Shown here one piece after another: positions 1-10,041 of a DNA stretch of 64,000 bases. The stretch is taken from contig JAEFAV010000005.1 in NCBI GenBank assembly GCA_016288885.1, positions 81,691 through 145,690 of the forward strand, given 5' to 3'. The position numbers and the translations under genes are program-made. Origin of the DNA: Saccharofermentans sp. (GTDB lineage Bacteria > Bacillota > Clostridia > Saccharofermentanales > Saccharofermentanaceae). The notes below the pieces were generated by a model. That model was not told the DNA's origin and did no database searches. It saw only the letters and a program-made list of their open reading frames with translations. Positions within the stretch are counted from its first letter, which is position 1. Every line of letters starts with the position of its first letter.

Positions 1-2
1 CG

Positions 3-1097
3 GTGATAAAGATTTCTGCTTCTGAGATTAAGACAAAGACACATGATTACTCAGTTCCTGTTTTCGAGAAAAGCGAAAAGACCGATCAGATAGTCTCAGA
101 TCTTACACTTAAGGACATGACCAGGCTTCTGGTCGGAAGATCTTATTTCGGACCGTTCCGTCACAGGGTTTTCGGTGCTGCAGGATATACGACATCGAAG
201 CTTTACCATAAAGGCATCGATGCCATGCCTATGGCAGACGGCCCTCAGGGACTTAATCTAACAAGGATTTCAAAAAAGCCCATACATAATCTTTTTTCGA
301 TTCCTACAATGCCTTCTGCAATCAGGGATTCACATAAGATCACAAATGCGGGAGCAAATGCTGAGGCTGATTCAGGAAAGAAACTCTACTATCAGTTTTG
401 CACTTCATGGCCAAGCGAGACTTTGGTCGCACAGACCTGGGATGTGGATCTTGCCATGAAAATGGGTGATGCGATTGGAAAAGAGATGATGGAATACGGC
501 GTCGTTTTCTGGCTTGCGCCTGCCATGAACATTCATCGGAATCCATTGTGCGGAAGAAATTACGAATATTATTCCGAAGACCCGTTGCTTACCGGAAAAA
601 TGGCCGCAGCCATAACCAGAGGCGTCCAGTCCCACGAAGGCTGTTTTGTTACGCTAAAACACTTCGCTGCTAATAATCTCGAGACAAAACGAAATATCTC
701 TTCTTCCAATCTTGATGAACGCACTTTAAGAGAGATATATCTTAAGGCATTCAGGATCGCGGTCACGGAAGCAAATGCCGAAAGCGTCATGTGCAGTTAT
801 AACAAGATTAACGGAACATATACTGCATTGGATTACAATCTTCAGACCGGCATCCTGCGTAACGAATGGGGTTTTAACGGAATAGTCATGACGGACTGGT
901 TCGCAACAGGTCACGACGAGAGTCTGGATGAACTATGCTGCAAGGCAGGAACGGATCTAATAATGCCGGGGCATCCTTTTATTTCTTCAAAGATCATGAA
1001 AGCATATAAGAAGGGCCTTATCACCAGAGAAGATATCGAAAGATCGTCAAGAAGGATAATCAGGCTTGCTCTGAAAAGCCATACCGCAAATAATTAA
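3..1097 (+). CDS. GH3 beta-glucosidase, C-terminal part (5' end lies outside the window); catalytic barrel domain located C-terminally
   Basis: GH3 motifs ADGPQG, WLAPAMNIHRNPLCGRNYEYYSEDP, KHFAAN, MCSYN and VMTDW (nucleophile Asp). Confidence 0.92.
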   Translation: MIKISASEIKTKTHDYSVPVFEKSEKTDQIVSDLTLKDMTRLLVGRSYFGPFRHRVFGAAGYTTSKLYHKGIDAMPMADGPQGLNLTRISKKPIHNLFSIPTMPSAIRDSHKITNAGANAEADSGKKLYYQFCTSWPSETLVAQTWDVDLAMKMGDAIGKEMMEYGVVFWLAPAMNIHRNPLCGRNYEYYSEDPLLTGKMAAAITRGVQSHEGCFVTLKHFAANNLETKRNISSSNLDERTLREIYLKAFRIAVTEANAESVMCSYNKINGTYTALDYNLQTGILRNEWGFNGIVMTDWFATGHDESLDELCCKAGTDLIMPGHPFISSKIMKAYKKGLITREDIERSSRRIIRLALKSHTANN

Positions 1098-1633
1098 CTG
1101 TTTAACATCAGGTTAATGGCAGAGAGGTTTCCGCATTTGAGCTGGGTCTGGTCTGATATCCTTCGTACCATCATGTTCATCCATTCGCTGCAGGAGCCTG
1201 CCACAAGAGCATCTGCAAGGATACCTTCATCGCTTATGTATTTGAAGAAGTTTGATGTGGCGCATATTATACGGTCATCAGAAGACAATCCGAAATAACC
1301 GTTCGGAAGAAGGTTTATCTGCCCTTGTCTTACGATCTTGGCGAACACTTCTCCTCTTCTGATACTCTCTATTCCCTTCTGTTCCACGCGAAGTATCAGG
1401 AATTCGGATTCCTTGTCGAGACATTCTTCAAAGGTGTTATTGAGAAAATCAATACTCTTATTTCCTTCATCACTGCTCAGTATCTCTGAGAACAATAAAG
1501 ACTGGCTTTTAGGTGAATCGAGTTTATTTCCGTTAAAGATAGCGACAGTCAGATTAGGGACGAGACGCAAAAAAACTTCGTCCTTATATTCATAAGCATT
1601 ACCCCTGTGCTTAAATGTGTAATACTCGATCAA
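1094..1633 (-). CDS. Degenerate PP2C-fold protein (possible pseudophosphatase)
   Basis: TTG start overlaps the upstream PP2C stop (TTGA). PP2C-like layout with substituted motifs: HRG, RRGEV, DDRIICATSNFF, GNLSAINL. Confidence 0.55.
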   Translation of the reverse strand: MIEYYTFKHRGNAYEYKDEVFLRLVPNLTVAIFNGNKLDSPKSQSLLFSEILSSDEGNKSIDFLNNTFEECLDKESEFLILRVEQKGIESIRRGEVFAKIVRQGQINLLPNGYFGLSSDDRIICATSNFFKYISDEGILADALVAGSCSEWMNMMVRRISDQTQLKCGNLSAINLMLNS

Positions 1634-2526
1634 ACGTAACTCCTCTTCATCTTAATAACGATCGCAGAATAATTATCCTGTCTGGGATTCTTTCTGGATC
1701 TGACACCGTACTTTATCATTCTTGCTATTCCGTCGGCATTCTGGTCAAAATGAATGTGATTAACTATCCTGTTCAATGGCATCGAGTCAGTTACTCCGTC
1801 TGAACTGACGATGATTATGTCATTTTCGATCAGTCTCAAAGGCCGGTTTGTCATAAGGACATTGCACTTCAGGTTCCCGACGAAATCGATAAGTCCCTTT
1901 GCCCTGTTATCCCTGTAAGCTTCCGAAGTATCAAGACCGCCTTCTGCAAATCTCCTGATCATGAGAGTAATGTAATTTTGTTTGTAGTTTAAAAGTGTCG
2001 CCTTGTTATTTCTGATAAGAATGATGTTGCTGTCTCCCAGACTGTAGAAATTCATATAATCATCCAGGATATGGACCATGACCAGCGTTGCGCCTGCGCC
2101 AAGATGATATTCTTCATAGATCTTATCCGAGATCCTGGTTATTATCTTAGCGTTCTCAGCCTGATCATTGAATTTGTAAGGAAAATTCTCTCTTAATGAA
2201 TCAGTCACGTATTTCGAGACGACTTCACCGTTTAAAAGACCGCCCATTCCATCCGAACACGCAGCAACAAAACCATTCTCATATAAGTTGTCCATAGGAG
2301 AGACATATAATGAATCTTCCTGATTCTCACGCTTTCCGCGCTCGTGAAAATATGCCACGTCACATATCAGATTCATTTTTTCCTTGTGTTTGTTGGTATA
2401 TAATGTATATTTGATCAACGCATAGAGAATGATAATGACAAAGTATAAGAAAGCAAAAGAAAAAAACATAAGCGCGAATATAATCGCGTAAATTGTTTCT
2501 CCGCTTAAAATGCTGAAATCATACAT
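1630..2526 (-). CDS. PP2C/PPM Ser/Thr protein phosphatase with N-terminal transmembrane helix
   Basis: RENQED, SDGMGG, GATL, LGDS, SSDGV and DNYS motifs; hydrophobic N-terminus. Confidence 0.9.
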   Translation of the reverse strand: MYDFSILSGETIYAIIFALMFFSFAFLYFVIIILYALIKYTLYTNKHKEKMNLICDVAYFHERGKRENQEDSLYVSPMDNLYENGFVAACSDGMGGLLNGEVVSKYVTDSLRENFPYKFNDQAENAKIITRISDKIYEEYHLGAGATLVMVHILDDYMNFYSLGDSNIILIRNNKATLLNYKQNYITLMIRRFAEGGLDTSEAYRDNRAKGLIDFVGNLKCNVLMTNRPLRLIENDIIIVSSDGVTDSMPLNRIVNHIHFDQNADGIARMIKYGVRSRKNPRQDNYSAIVIKMKRSYV

Positions 2527-2618
2527 TGCTTATATCTTCCCGAACGGCCTTTAGAGCTGAAAGTCTTCTTCACTACAATAATATTCTAACTCAATAAAGC
2601 ATTTAAGGATATAAAGTG

Positions 2619-3473
2619 TTATTCAACCGTCACATACCTGTCGATCAGACTTACTGCAAAATACGAAAGAAAATACTGGACCCATGAGATCACAAGGAAA
2701 GAATAAAGGAACATGAATATACCGAGGGTGAGATAAGAAGCGGATGTAAGCAGCACAAACGGGATCACCACATAGAATAACAATATGATGAGAGATGCGC
2801 CTAAGCATGGAATAAACCTGATCAAAACAAAAAGGAGCGCATTTTTGTAAATCTTCCCAAGCTTAAGATCCGTAGAAACCATCATTGTATAGACAAAATT
2901 CTGAATAAGAATAAACGCAAAGGTAAACACTATAAAAACAGCGCCTATAACGGTGCCAATCGTCGATCTGAGATTTAAGTAAAACCCCGTTGCAAGAAGA
3001 AGGACCGGAGTAAAAATGAATCCTATTATCATTGCTGCAAGCCCCTTTTTCCAGCATGAAGTTAACCCTGCCTTAAAGCTCGAAAAGAATGAGACTGATG
3101 TGCCGTTTCTTATGTCTTTGTAACATTGGGCAAAACCTGCCTGAAAAGGACCGATGCAAATAAGCGTACCTGAAAGAAGAAAATTAATAAGAAAGATGGC
3201 AAGCAGAAAAAACAAATTAAGAACTGCATCATCATTACCGGTAACCGGGTCAATATAAGACTGAACATCAATGAACGAAGGCGCTATCCACGGAACAAAT
3301 ATCAAAGCCAAATAGCCGGCAAATATAATTGCAGGAATGTTAAAGATAACATACAAGGCATTGGCAGCCATCAGTCTGACGAGGTTAGACCACCCGGAAA
3401 TAAAGAACCGCGCGAAAGGTCCTCTCGCCTTTGCTGAATCCTCAATATCAATTACCGGATCATTATCGCCCAT
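2619..3473 (-). CDS. Integral membrane protein, YesL/DUF624-like
   Basis: About 6 hydrophobic segments; IGPFQAG...FFSSFK...WKK pattern. Confidence 0.6.
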   Translation of the reverse strand: MGDNDPVIDIEDSAKARGPFARFFISGWSNLVRLMAANALYVIFNIPAIIFAGYLALIFVPWIAPSFIDVQSYIDPVTGNDDAVLNLFFLLAIFLINFLLSGTLICIGPFQAGFAQCYKDIRNGTSVSFFSSFKAGLTSCWKKGLAAMIIGFIFTPVLLLATGFYLNLRSTIGTVIGAVFIVFTFAFILIQNFVYTMMVSTDLKLGKIYKNALLFVLIRFIPCLGASLIILLFYVVIPFVLLTSASYLTLGIFMFLYSFLVISWVQYFLSYFAVSLIDRYVTVE

Positions 3474-3482
3474 GGATTCAGA

Positions 3483-4829
3483 TCACCTGGCAGTAAGCCG
3501 GGCAACGCTGTCTTCAAAAGCCTTAAGATGTTCAAGGCTTCTGTCAGCTATCGCGTTATTCTTATCCTTCTTGCCGGTCTTTCCCCTGAACCTTCCTTCG
3601 ATGGGACTTACGATGCCGAAATTTGCATTCATCGGCTGGAATTTCTTAATGTTAGGATCAGAAACATAAAGAGCCATTGAACCTATGACGGTACATGGAT
3701 CAGGCTCATAAGAAAGATCTATGCCCAAAGCTCTTTGTGCTGCATAGAATCCTGCAACAAATCCCGATGCGGTAGATTCTATATAACCTTCAACACCGGT
3801 TATCTGTCCCGCAAAGAAAACATCAGGCTTTGCCCGCAGGCTGTAATGAGAAGACAGGTACAAAGGCGAATTAAGGAAAGTATTTCGGTGCATTACGCCA
3901 TATCTTGTATATTCGGCATTCTCAAGACCGGGGATCATTCCGAAGACACGCTTCTGCTCAGACCACTTGAGTCTTGTTTGGAATCCTACAAGGTTATACA
4001 TTGTCTTAGCCCTGTCATCCTGCCTTAACTGAAGATTGGCATAAGGCTCCTTACCCGTGGCAGGATCGATAAGTCCGACTCCCTTCAAAGGACCGAATCT
4101 CATGGTATCAACGCCCCTTTGCGCCATAACCTCTATCGGCATGCAGCCTTCAAATACGATTTCTCTGTCGAAATTCTTGACTTCTGCCCTCTCGGCATTA
4201 ACGAGCTCTTCGCGGAATGCCAGATATTCTTCCTTTGTCATCGGACAGTTGATGTAATCATCTCCGCCTTTTCCGTATCTCGAAGCTCTGAATGCTTTTG
4301 TCATGTCTATCGAATCACCGCTTACGATGGGTGCAGCGCTGTCAAAGAAATGAAGTCCTGACGTATCACCCGTAACTTTCAGGATATCTTCATAAAGATC
4401 TCCTTCTGTAAGCGGGCCTGTAGCTACTATCACTATCTCATCTTCAGGGATCTTTTTCACTTCTCCCGGAATTACTTCGATCAAAGGATTATTCCTGACG
4501 GCTTCGGTGATATAACCGGAGAATTCGTCCCTGTCCACAGCAAGAGCTCCTCCTGCCGGTATTCTGCTCTTGTCGGCAGACTCCATTATTAGAGAACCTA
4601 AATGTCTGAGCTCTTCTTTAAGAAGACCGATAGCATTTTCCCTGGCGGCAGCTCTTAATGAGTTGCTGCATACAAGTTCTGCGAAATTCTCGGAATGATG
4701 TGCAGGACTGAACTTAACGGGCTTCATCTCATAAAGCTTAACTCTTACACCTGCGCGAGCACAGATGTAAGCAGCCTCTGAACCTGCAAGACCAGCTCCG
4801 ATGACTGTTACGGACGGATCACTCTTCAT
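3483..4829 (-). CDS. trmFO: Methylenetetrahydrofolate--tRNA-(uracil-54)-methyltransferase TrmFO (Gid)
   Basis: GAGLAGSEAA, ELVCSNS, FEGCMPIE, VGFQT, GVMHRN, AGQITGVEGY. Start moved to ATG 4829 (MKSDPSV). Confidence 0.96.
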   Translation of the reverse strand: MKSDPSVTVIGAGLAGSEAAYICARAGVRVKLYEMKPVKFSPAHHSENFAELVCSNSLRAAARENAIGLLKEELRHLGSLIMESADKSRIPAGGALAVDRDEFSGYITEAVRNNPLIEVIPGEVKKIPEDEIVIVATGPLTEGDLYEDILKVTGDTSGLHFFDSAAPIVSGDSIDMTKAFRASRYGKGGDDYINCPMTKEEYLAFREELVNAERAEVKNFDREIVFEGCMPIEVMAQRGVDTMRFGPLKGVGLIDPATGKEPYANLQLRQDDRAKTMYNLVGFQTRLKWSEQKRVFGMIPGLENAEYTRYGVMHRNTFLNSPLYLSSHYSLRAKPDVFFAGQITGVEGYIESTASGFVAGFYAAQRALGIDLSYEPDPCTVIGSMALYVSDPNIKKFQPMNANFGIVSPIEGRFRGKTGKKDKNNAIADRSLEHLKAFEDSVARLTAR

Positions 4830-6984
4830 CTTCACTCTTCTTACTGTCAGAAGACTTTCTGCTCTTTCTGACATTAGATACGCAATCCTTGTTGGAACAT
4901 CTCGGATAAGCTTTCTTTCCGAAATGCTTCAGGACCATATAAGCTCCGCACTCAGGACAGACTTTCCCGTCGATCGGAAGATCCCATGAAATAAAATCAC
5001 AATCGGGATCGCTTCCCTGTTTGTCGCATGTATAGAAAGACTTGTTTCTGTATTTCTTGGACTTATGTACGAGAAGTCCGGAACCGCACTTGGGACAAGT
5101 TCCCTTTGCATAAACAACGATGTTCTTTGTGTAATTACATTCGGGGAAATTGGAACATGCGATGAACTTACCGTATCTTCCTTCCTTATAGACGAGTTCG
5201 CTTCCGCATTGAGGACATGTCTCTCCAGTCTTCTCTGGCTCGAAAGTGATCTTGTCAATTGATTCCTGGGCAGCCTTTACCTGAGTATTGAATTCAGGAT
5301 AGAAAGCATCAAGTACGTGCTCCCACTCTTCCTTACCTTCTTCTACCTCATCAAGCTTGGTCTCCATGTCGGCTGTGAAAGAAAGATCTACGATCTCACT
5401 GAAGTTCTCGGAGAGCATATTCGTGACTATCTTTCCGAGATCGGTTATCTGAAGGAGTCTGCCGTTCTTTTCGATATATTTACGGTCAAGTATGGTCGAT
5501 ATAGTCGGCGCATAAGTGGAAGGCCTTCCGATACCGTATTCTTCAAGAGCCTTGATCAATGTAGCTTCCGTATAATGCGGCGGCGGCAGAGTGAATTTCT
5601 GAAGTGATTTAAGATCAAGCAGCTCGAGTTTCATGCCGTCTTCAAGAGGCGGAATGGCAGCTTTGCCGTCCTGATCGTCTGATTTATTGGTGTCTTCTGC
5701 AATATCGTCATATAAGACGAGGAATCCCTTGAAAGTAACGGTCTCGCCTACTGCCCTGAATATTCTGTTATTGCATGAAGCCTGACATGTAACCGTATCG
5801 AGCTTACATGCTGCCATCTGTGTGGCTAGGAATCTGTCCCAGATAAGCTGGTAGAGCTTATACTGGTCATTCGTAAGAGAAGACTTGATCTCCTTGGGAT
5901 CCAAGTCAAAGTGCGTAGGTCTGATGGCTTCGTGAGCATCCTGCGCAGAATTCTTATTCTTATACTCTCTCTTATAAGGAGAACAGTATTCTTTTCCGAA
6001 ACGGTCTTTGATGATGTCCTTGGCAGCTGCAACGGCCTCTTCAGATATACGTACGGAGTCAGTTCTGATGTAGGAAACCAAAGCCGTCTGGCCTGCACCT
6101 GCGATCTCTACGCCTTCGTAAAGCTGCTGAGCAATTGACATGGTCTTCTTTGATGAAAAACCGAGTCTCTTTGATGCTTCCTGCTGTAAAGTTGAAGTGG
6201 TAAAAGGCGGATAAGGATTACGCTCCTTCTTACCTTTCTTTATGGAATCAACGATCAAAGGACCAGATCCTACATCATCCAATACTGCCTGAGCATCTTC
6301 GAGGCATTTAAGATCATCCTTCTTAAGCTTTCCGTTCTCATCGATGACGCCGTAATAACCCAAAATAAACTTGTCAGACTGCTTTCCGGGAGTGACGAGC
6401 GCTTTGATAAGCCAGTATTCCTCAGGCTTAAAAGAATCTATCTCGGCATCACGGTCCATAACGATCTTAGTGGCTACAGACTGTACTCTTCCGGCAGAAA
6501 GACCTTTGCGAATCTTTTTCCAGAGCAACGGGCTCAATTCATATCCGACTAATCTGTCCAGGATCCTTCGTGCCTGCTGTGCATTAGCAAGATTCATGTT
6601 GATAGCACGGGGATTCTTAATCGCTTCCTGTACAGCTGTTTTTGTGATCTCGTTAAATGTTATCCTGCATTTTGAATCAGGATCAATCTTTAACACCTTG
6701 GCAAGATGCCAAGCAATTGCTTCACCTTCGCGGTCAGGGTCGGTAGCGAGCAGTATCTCATCGGCATCGGCTGCCATGAGCTTAAGATCTCTTACAACCT
6801 TCTCTTTCCCTTTCATTGTTATGTATAAAGGCTTGAAGTTATTCTTTACATCAACGCCGAGGTTTCCCGAAGGAAGATCCCTGATATGACCTAAAGAAGC
6901 CGAAATGATATAATCGCTTCCGAGATATCTGCCAATCGTCTTTGACTTGGCAGGAGACTCAACTATTACTAATTTTTTGCCCAT
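4819..6984 (-). CDS. topA: DNA topoisomerase I with C-terminal Zn ribbons
   Basis: LVIVESPAK, ATDPDREGE, SAGRVQS, SYIRTDS (catalytic Tyr), AHEAIRP, GIGRPSTY. Start at ATG 6984 with SD AGAGGGG. Confidence 0.97.
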   Translation of the reverse strand: MGKKLVIVESPAKSKTIGRYLGSDYIISASLGHIRDLPSGNLGVDVKNNFKPLYITMKGKEKVVRDLKLMAADADEILLATDPDREGEAIAWHLAKVLKIDPDSKCRITFNEITKTAVQEAIKNPRAINMNLANAQQARRILDRLVGYELSPLLWKKIRKGLSAGRVQSVATKIVMDRDAEIDSFKPEEYWLIKALVTPGKQSDKFILGYYGVIDENGKLKKDDLKCLEDAQAVLDDVGSGPLIVDSIKKGKKERNPYPPFTTSTLQQEASKRLGFSSKKTMSIAQQLYEGVEIAGAGQTALVSYIRTDSVRISEEAVAAAKDIIKDRFGKEYCSPYKREYKNKNSAQDAHEAIRPTHFDLDPKEIKSSLTNDQYKLYQLIWDRFLATQMAACKLDTVTCQASCNNRIFRAVGETVTFKGFLVLYDDIAEDTNKSDDQDGKAAIPPLEDGMKLELLDLKSLQKFTLPPPHYTEATLIKALEEYGIGRPSTYAPTISTILDRKYIEKNGRLLQITDLGKIVTNMLSENFSEIVDLSFTADMETKLDEVEEGKEEWEHVLDAFYPEFNTQVKAAQESIDKITFEPEKTGETCPQCGSELVYKEGRYGKFIACSNFPECNYTKNIVVYAKGTCPKCGSGLLVHKSKKYRNKSFYTCDKQGSDPDCDFISWDLPIDGKVCPECGAYMVLKHFGKKAYPRCSNKDCVSNVRKSRKSSDSKKSEDEE

Positions 6985-7024
6985 GAAGTACCCCTCTATA
7001 TTTTTAATAAAAAATATATCATCA

Positions 7025-8263
7025 TTATACAAATGTCAACGAGTACTTCCCCTTCTCCTGACAAACTGTCCCATTAAGTTCAAGTTCTGTCAATATTTTT
7101 GATACTTTATAAAAAGGCAGCGTAGTAATCACACAAAGTTCGTCTGCGCATAACGGTTTTAACGTCAAAGCATCCCTGATGAGCATTTTCCAGTTATCGT
7201 CCGTTAATTCTTCCGGTCTTAACTTGGATAATTCCCTTAAAGCATCAATGTTTGCACCTTCCGTGAAGCAGTCTTTGTCATCGGCCCTGTAATAAAGTTC
7301 TCCCGGACATCCCATGCTCATTCTCTTAAACATTACTGATCTGGCCACACTGTCTATTACACTGTCGGCACTGAGCAGTATGTTTCCTCCGTCTTCAAGA
7401 AGCTTTAAGCCACCCAAAGCATTTTCATAATAGATGCTGTTTGGCAGTACAAATACCTCTTTTCCCTGACCTGCAGCAAAAGAAGCCGTATGTAAAGTGC
7501 CTGATACGACTCCTGCTTCCATTATCAAAGTGCAGTCAGAAAGACCGGCTATCAGTCTGTTCCTTGAAGGAAAATATTGTCTTAACGGCTGCTGCCCGGG
7601 AGGCATCTCTGAAATGATCAGGCCTTTGTTTTGAATGACATCATAGATGTCTTTGTTAGACGGCGGATAAATGTTATCGCATCCGCCCGCCAGAACGGCT
7701 ATGGTACCGCCTTTGGTATTTACTGAAGATATATGTGCCTGACGGTCTGTTCCGTAAGCCATTCCGGATACTATAGTAATTCCTTTATCCCCTAATGTCT
7801 TACACATCTGATCTGTCGCATATTGGGCATATTTACTTGGATTCCTTGATCCTACAACCGCTACGGAACCCGCCAGAGTCATGTTATCGATAAGACTGTA
7901 ATTGCCTTTTGCATAGAACACCTTCGGCATGCCGCTCAGTTCTTTCCAATTATATGGATAGTAGTTGTCCAGAACAGATACAACTTCTATCCTGTTAGTC
8001 ATGGCGATCTTTTTATATTCCCTTACTATCTTTTCCACATCGCCGTATGATTCCAGAAGATTGCTTATTCTTAAAACCGTATCCTGACTAAGATCATGTT
8101 CTTTGTGTGCAATCTCCTTTAGCAGTTCCTTATCAGCTATGTCCCTGTAATTACAAATGATACTCTGATCAGAAAGCTCTTTTAGCGTTCTGTAATTTAT
8201 CTTGGTATTCAGCATCGCAGCAGAATAAAAGAAATCCTTATCCCTGTCATTTACAATCTCCAT
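7025..8263 (-). CDS. dprA: DNA-processing protein DprA
   Basis: VAVVGSR, SGMAYGTD, FPSRNRLIAGLS, SGTLHTA; C-terminal winged-helix LTELELNG; SD AGGAGG before ATG 8263. Confidence 0.93.
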   Translation of the reverse strand: MEIVNDRDKDFFYSAAMLNTKINYRTLKELSDQSIICNYRDIADKELLKEIAHKEHDLSQDTVLRISNLLESYGDVEKIVREYKKIAMTNRIEVVSVLDNYYPYNWKELSGMPKVFYAKGNYSLIDNMTLAGSVAVVGSRNPSKYAQYATDQMCKTLGDKGITIVSGMAYGTDRQAHISSVNTKGGTIAVLAGGCDNIYPPSNKDIYDVIQNKGLIISEMPPGQQPLRQYFPSRNRLIAGLSDCTLIMEAGVVSGTLHTASFAAGQGKEVFVLPNSIYYENALGGLKLLEDGGNILLSADSVIDSVARSVMFKRMSMGCPGELYYRADDKDCFTEGANIDALRELSKLRPEELTDDNWKMLIRDALTLKPLCADELCVITTLPFYKVSKILTELELNGTVCQEKGKYSLTFV

Positions 8264-8274
8264 GTAAAGCCTCC

Positions 8275-9795
8275 TTAAAAACATCTCAGCCTGTACTGGA
8301 TGGCTTCAGATACGTCACCTTCAGTAACGTCTTCAGACTCATTGATATCTGCTATTGTCCGTGCAACTCTTAAGATCCTTGTAAATCCTCTTGCCGAGAA
8401 AAAGCCCTTTTCAGAAAGTTCGGATGCATATCTGATCACGTTTTGAGGGATCTTCATCGAATCCCGTATGTCTTCTTCGGGAAAAGTCCCGTTAAGTTTA
8501 TCAGCGCCGTACCGTTCATGTGCGATCTGCCAGCATCTTTCAACGATGCTTCTGAATTTAGGACTTTCGCTGTTTTTATCGTCAGTGTAGATGCTGGCCA
8601 TATCATTTCCCGTAATCGATCTCATCTCACTGAAGATATCTATCCTTTCAAGAAAAGGGCCGTTTAATTTGGAAAGATATCGTCTGATATCACCCCCCGA
8701 GCATCTGCACTTGTTATTTCTCTCATACAGAAGGCCGCATTTACAGGGATTACCGGTCCCCAGGAATATGAAGTTGGAGTCAAACGAATAGAGATTTCCT
8801 CTTTTCATAAGATGGACTTTACGTTCCTCAAGAGGCTTTCTCAGAAAATCCAACACTTCAGTCTTAAACAAAGGCAGTTCATCAGCGAAAAGAATGCCAT
8901 GATTTGCCAAAGCCATCTCTCCGGGCGTAAGGTTTAATGAATTTCCGAGAAGCTTTCCGACAGTGATGTTCGGGCCGACCATTCTGACCGGTCGTTCGCA
9001 AACCGGTCTTGATATCTCTCCTTCAACAAGTTCATTTAGAGAATACACGTCAGACAATTCATCCGGACTTAACTTCGGCATTATCCCCGACAGGATCCTG
9101 CCAGCCATGGTCTTGCCGCTTCCGGGACTCCCCATCAAAAGAATGTTATGAAATCCTGCAGCACTTATTAGAAGAGCTCTTTTGGTCTTTTCCTGTCCTT
9201 TAAGCATCGAGATATCTATGTAATCACCGGCAGTCTCAAAGGACCCGCATTCAAATCTGGATTCTTTATAATGATTGCCGTTGAAAATATCATTAAGGTC
9301 ATTCAGACTTGTTATCCCCTGACCCGAAAACCCGGCTACTCCTGCGCTGCATGATTCACTTAGAGGAATGATCTTGTAATCAAAATCCATATCCCTTACA
9401 GTCTTAAGTCTGATGCATGCTCCCGGAGTACCTTTTAGTTCTCCGCCTAATGTAAGCTCGCCTTCTGCATATATTTTCGCATCAGGAGGCAGATAGAGCT
9501 GCCCTGACGCAAATAAGATTCCCAAAGCCATTGCCAGATCAAATCCCGATCCTGTCTTGCGCATATAAGCAGGACTTATGCCGATCGTTATGTGACCTTT
9601 GGGCATACTGAACCCTGTGGATTTAAATGCGGATATCAGTCTTCCCTGTGATTCCTTTATCGAAGAGTCACACAGACCGATAACAGAAAAAGACGGAATG
9701 CCCGGAGATATAGAAACTTCAATCAACGTCACTGTCGAATCGGTACCGGAAGCAAAGCAAGAGTAAAGTCTTGCCACATTAGGTTTGGAAGCCAT
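8275..9795 (-). CDS. comM: YifB/ComM Mg-chelatase-like AAA+ ATPase
   Basis: GSGFDL, GELTLGG, GSPGSGKT, PGEMALANHGILFADE, NPCKCG, LSKLNGPFLERID, ARTIAD; adjacent to dprA. Confidence 0.92.
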   Translation of the reverse strand: MASKPNVARLYSCFASGTDSTVTLIEVSISPGIPSFSVIGLCDSSIKESQGRLISAFKSTGFSMPKGHITIGISPAYMRKTGSGFDLAMALGILFASGQLYLPPDAKIYAEGELTLGGELKGTPGACIRLKTVRDMDFDYKIIPLSESCSAGVAGFSGQGITSLNDLNDIFNGNHYKESRFECGSFETAGDYIDISMLKGQEKTKRALLISAAGFHNILLMGSPGSGKTMAGRILSGIMPKLSPDELSDVYSLNELVEGEISRPVCERPVRMVGPNITVGKLLGNSLNLTPGEMALANHGILFADELPLFKTEVLDFLRKPLEERKVHLMKRGNLYSFDSNFIFLGTGNPCKCGLLYERNNKCRCSGGDIRRYLSKLNGPFLERIDIFSEMRSITGNDMASIYTDDKNSESPKFRSIVERCWQIAHERYGADKLNGTFPEEDIRDSMKIPQNVIRYASELSEKGFFSARGFTRILRVARTIADINESEDVTEGDVSEAIQYRLRCF

Positions 9796-9880
9796 AACAT
9801 ATCCTCCTTTTTATTGGAGGATACGCTCTTGAAAAGCAAATTATCAGTACAAAAGTATCGCAAGAATCTCTGAAGATTTC

Positions 9881-9982
9881 TTACAAGTTTTGCGACAAAA
9901 CCTACGTTTTCCGACACAATATTACAAAAACCTACAAACGGGCATACATTCTCTACACAAAAACCGACAAAGAACCGACAAA
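9881..9982. repeat. Helically phased (C/T)(G/T)ACA short direct repeats, about 10.5-bp period
   Basis: AC cores at 9883, 9895, 9904, 9914, 9924, 9934, 9946, 9955, 9967, 9978 in the comM/ychF divergent intergenic region. Confidence 0.75.
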
Positions 9983-9999
9983 GTATTATGATGTGAATG

Positions 10000-10008
10000 T
10001 GCTACAAT
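10000..10008 (+). promoter_or_regulatory. Extended -10 element (TGcTACAAT) for ychF
   Basis: Matches TGnTATAAT with one mismatch, 33 bp before the ychF start. Confidence 0.5.
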
Positions 10009-10041
10009 TATGAGGCAAAAAACAATTAATGAGGTATATAT

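Noticed and set aside
4830-8284. Longer ORF-track starts for trmFO (4874), topA (7032) and dprA (8284)
   Set aside because: Downstream ATGs match the family N-termini and reduce overlaps; topA and dprA also have clear SD sequences there
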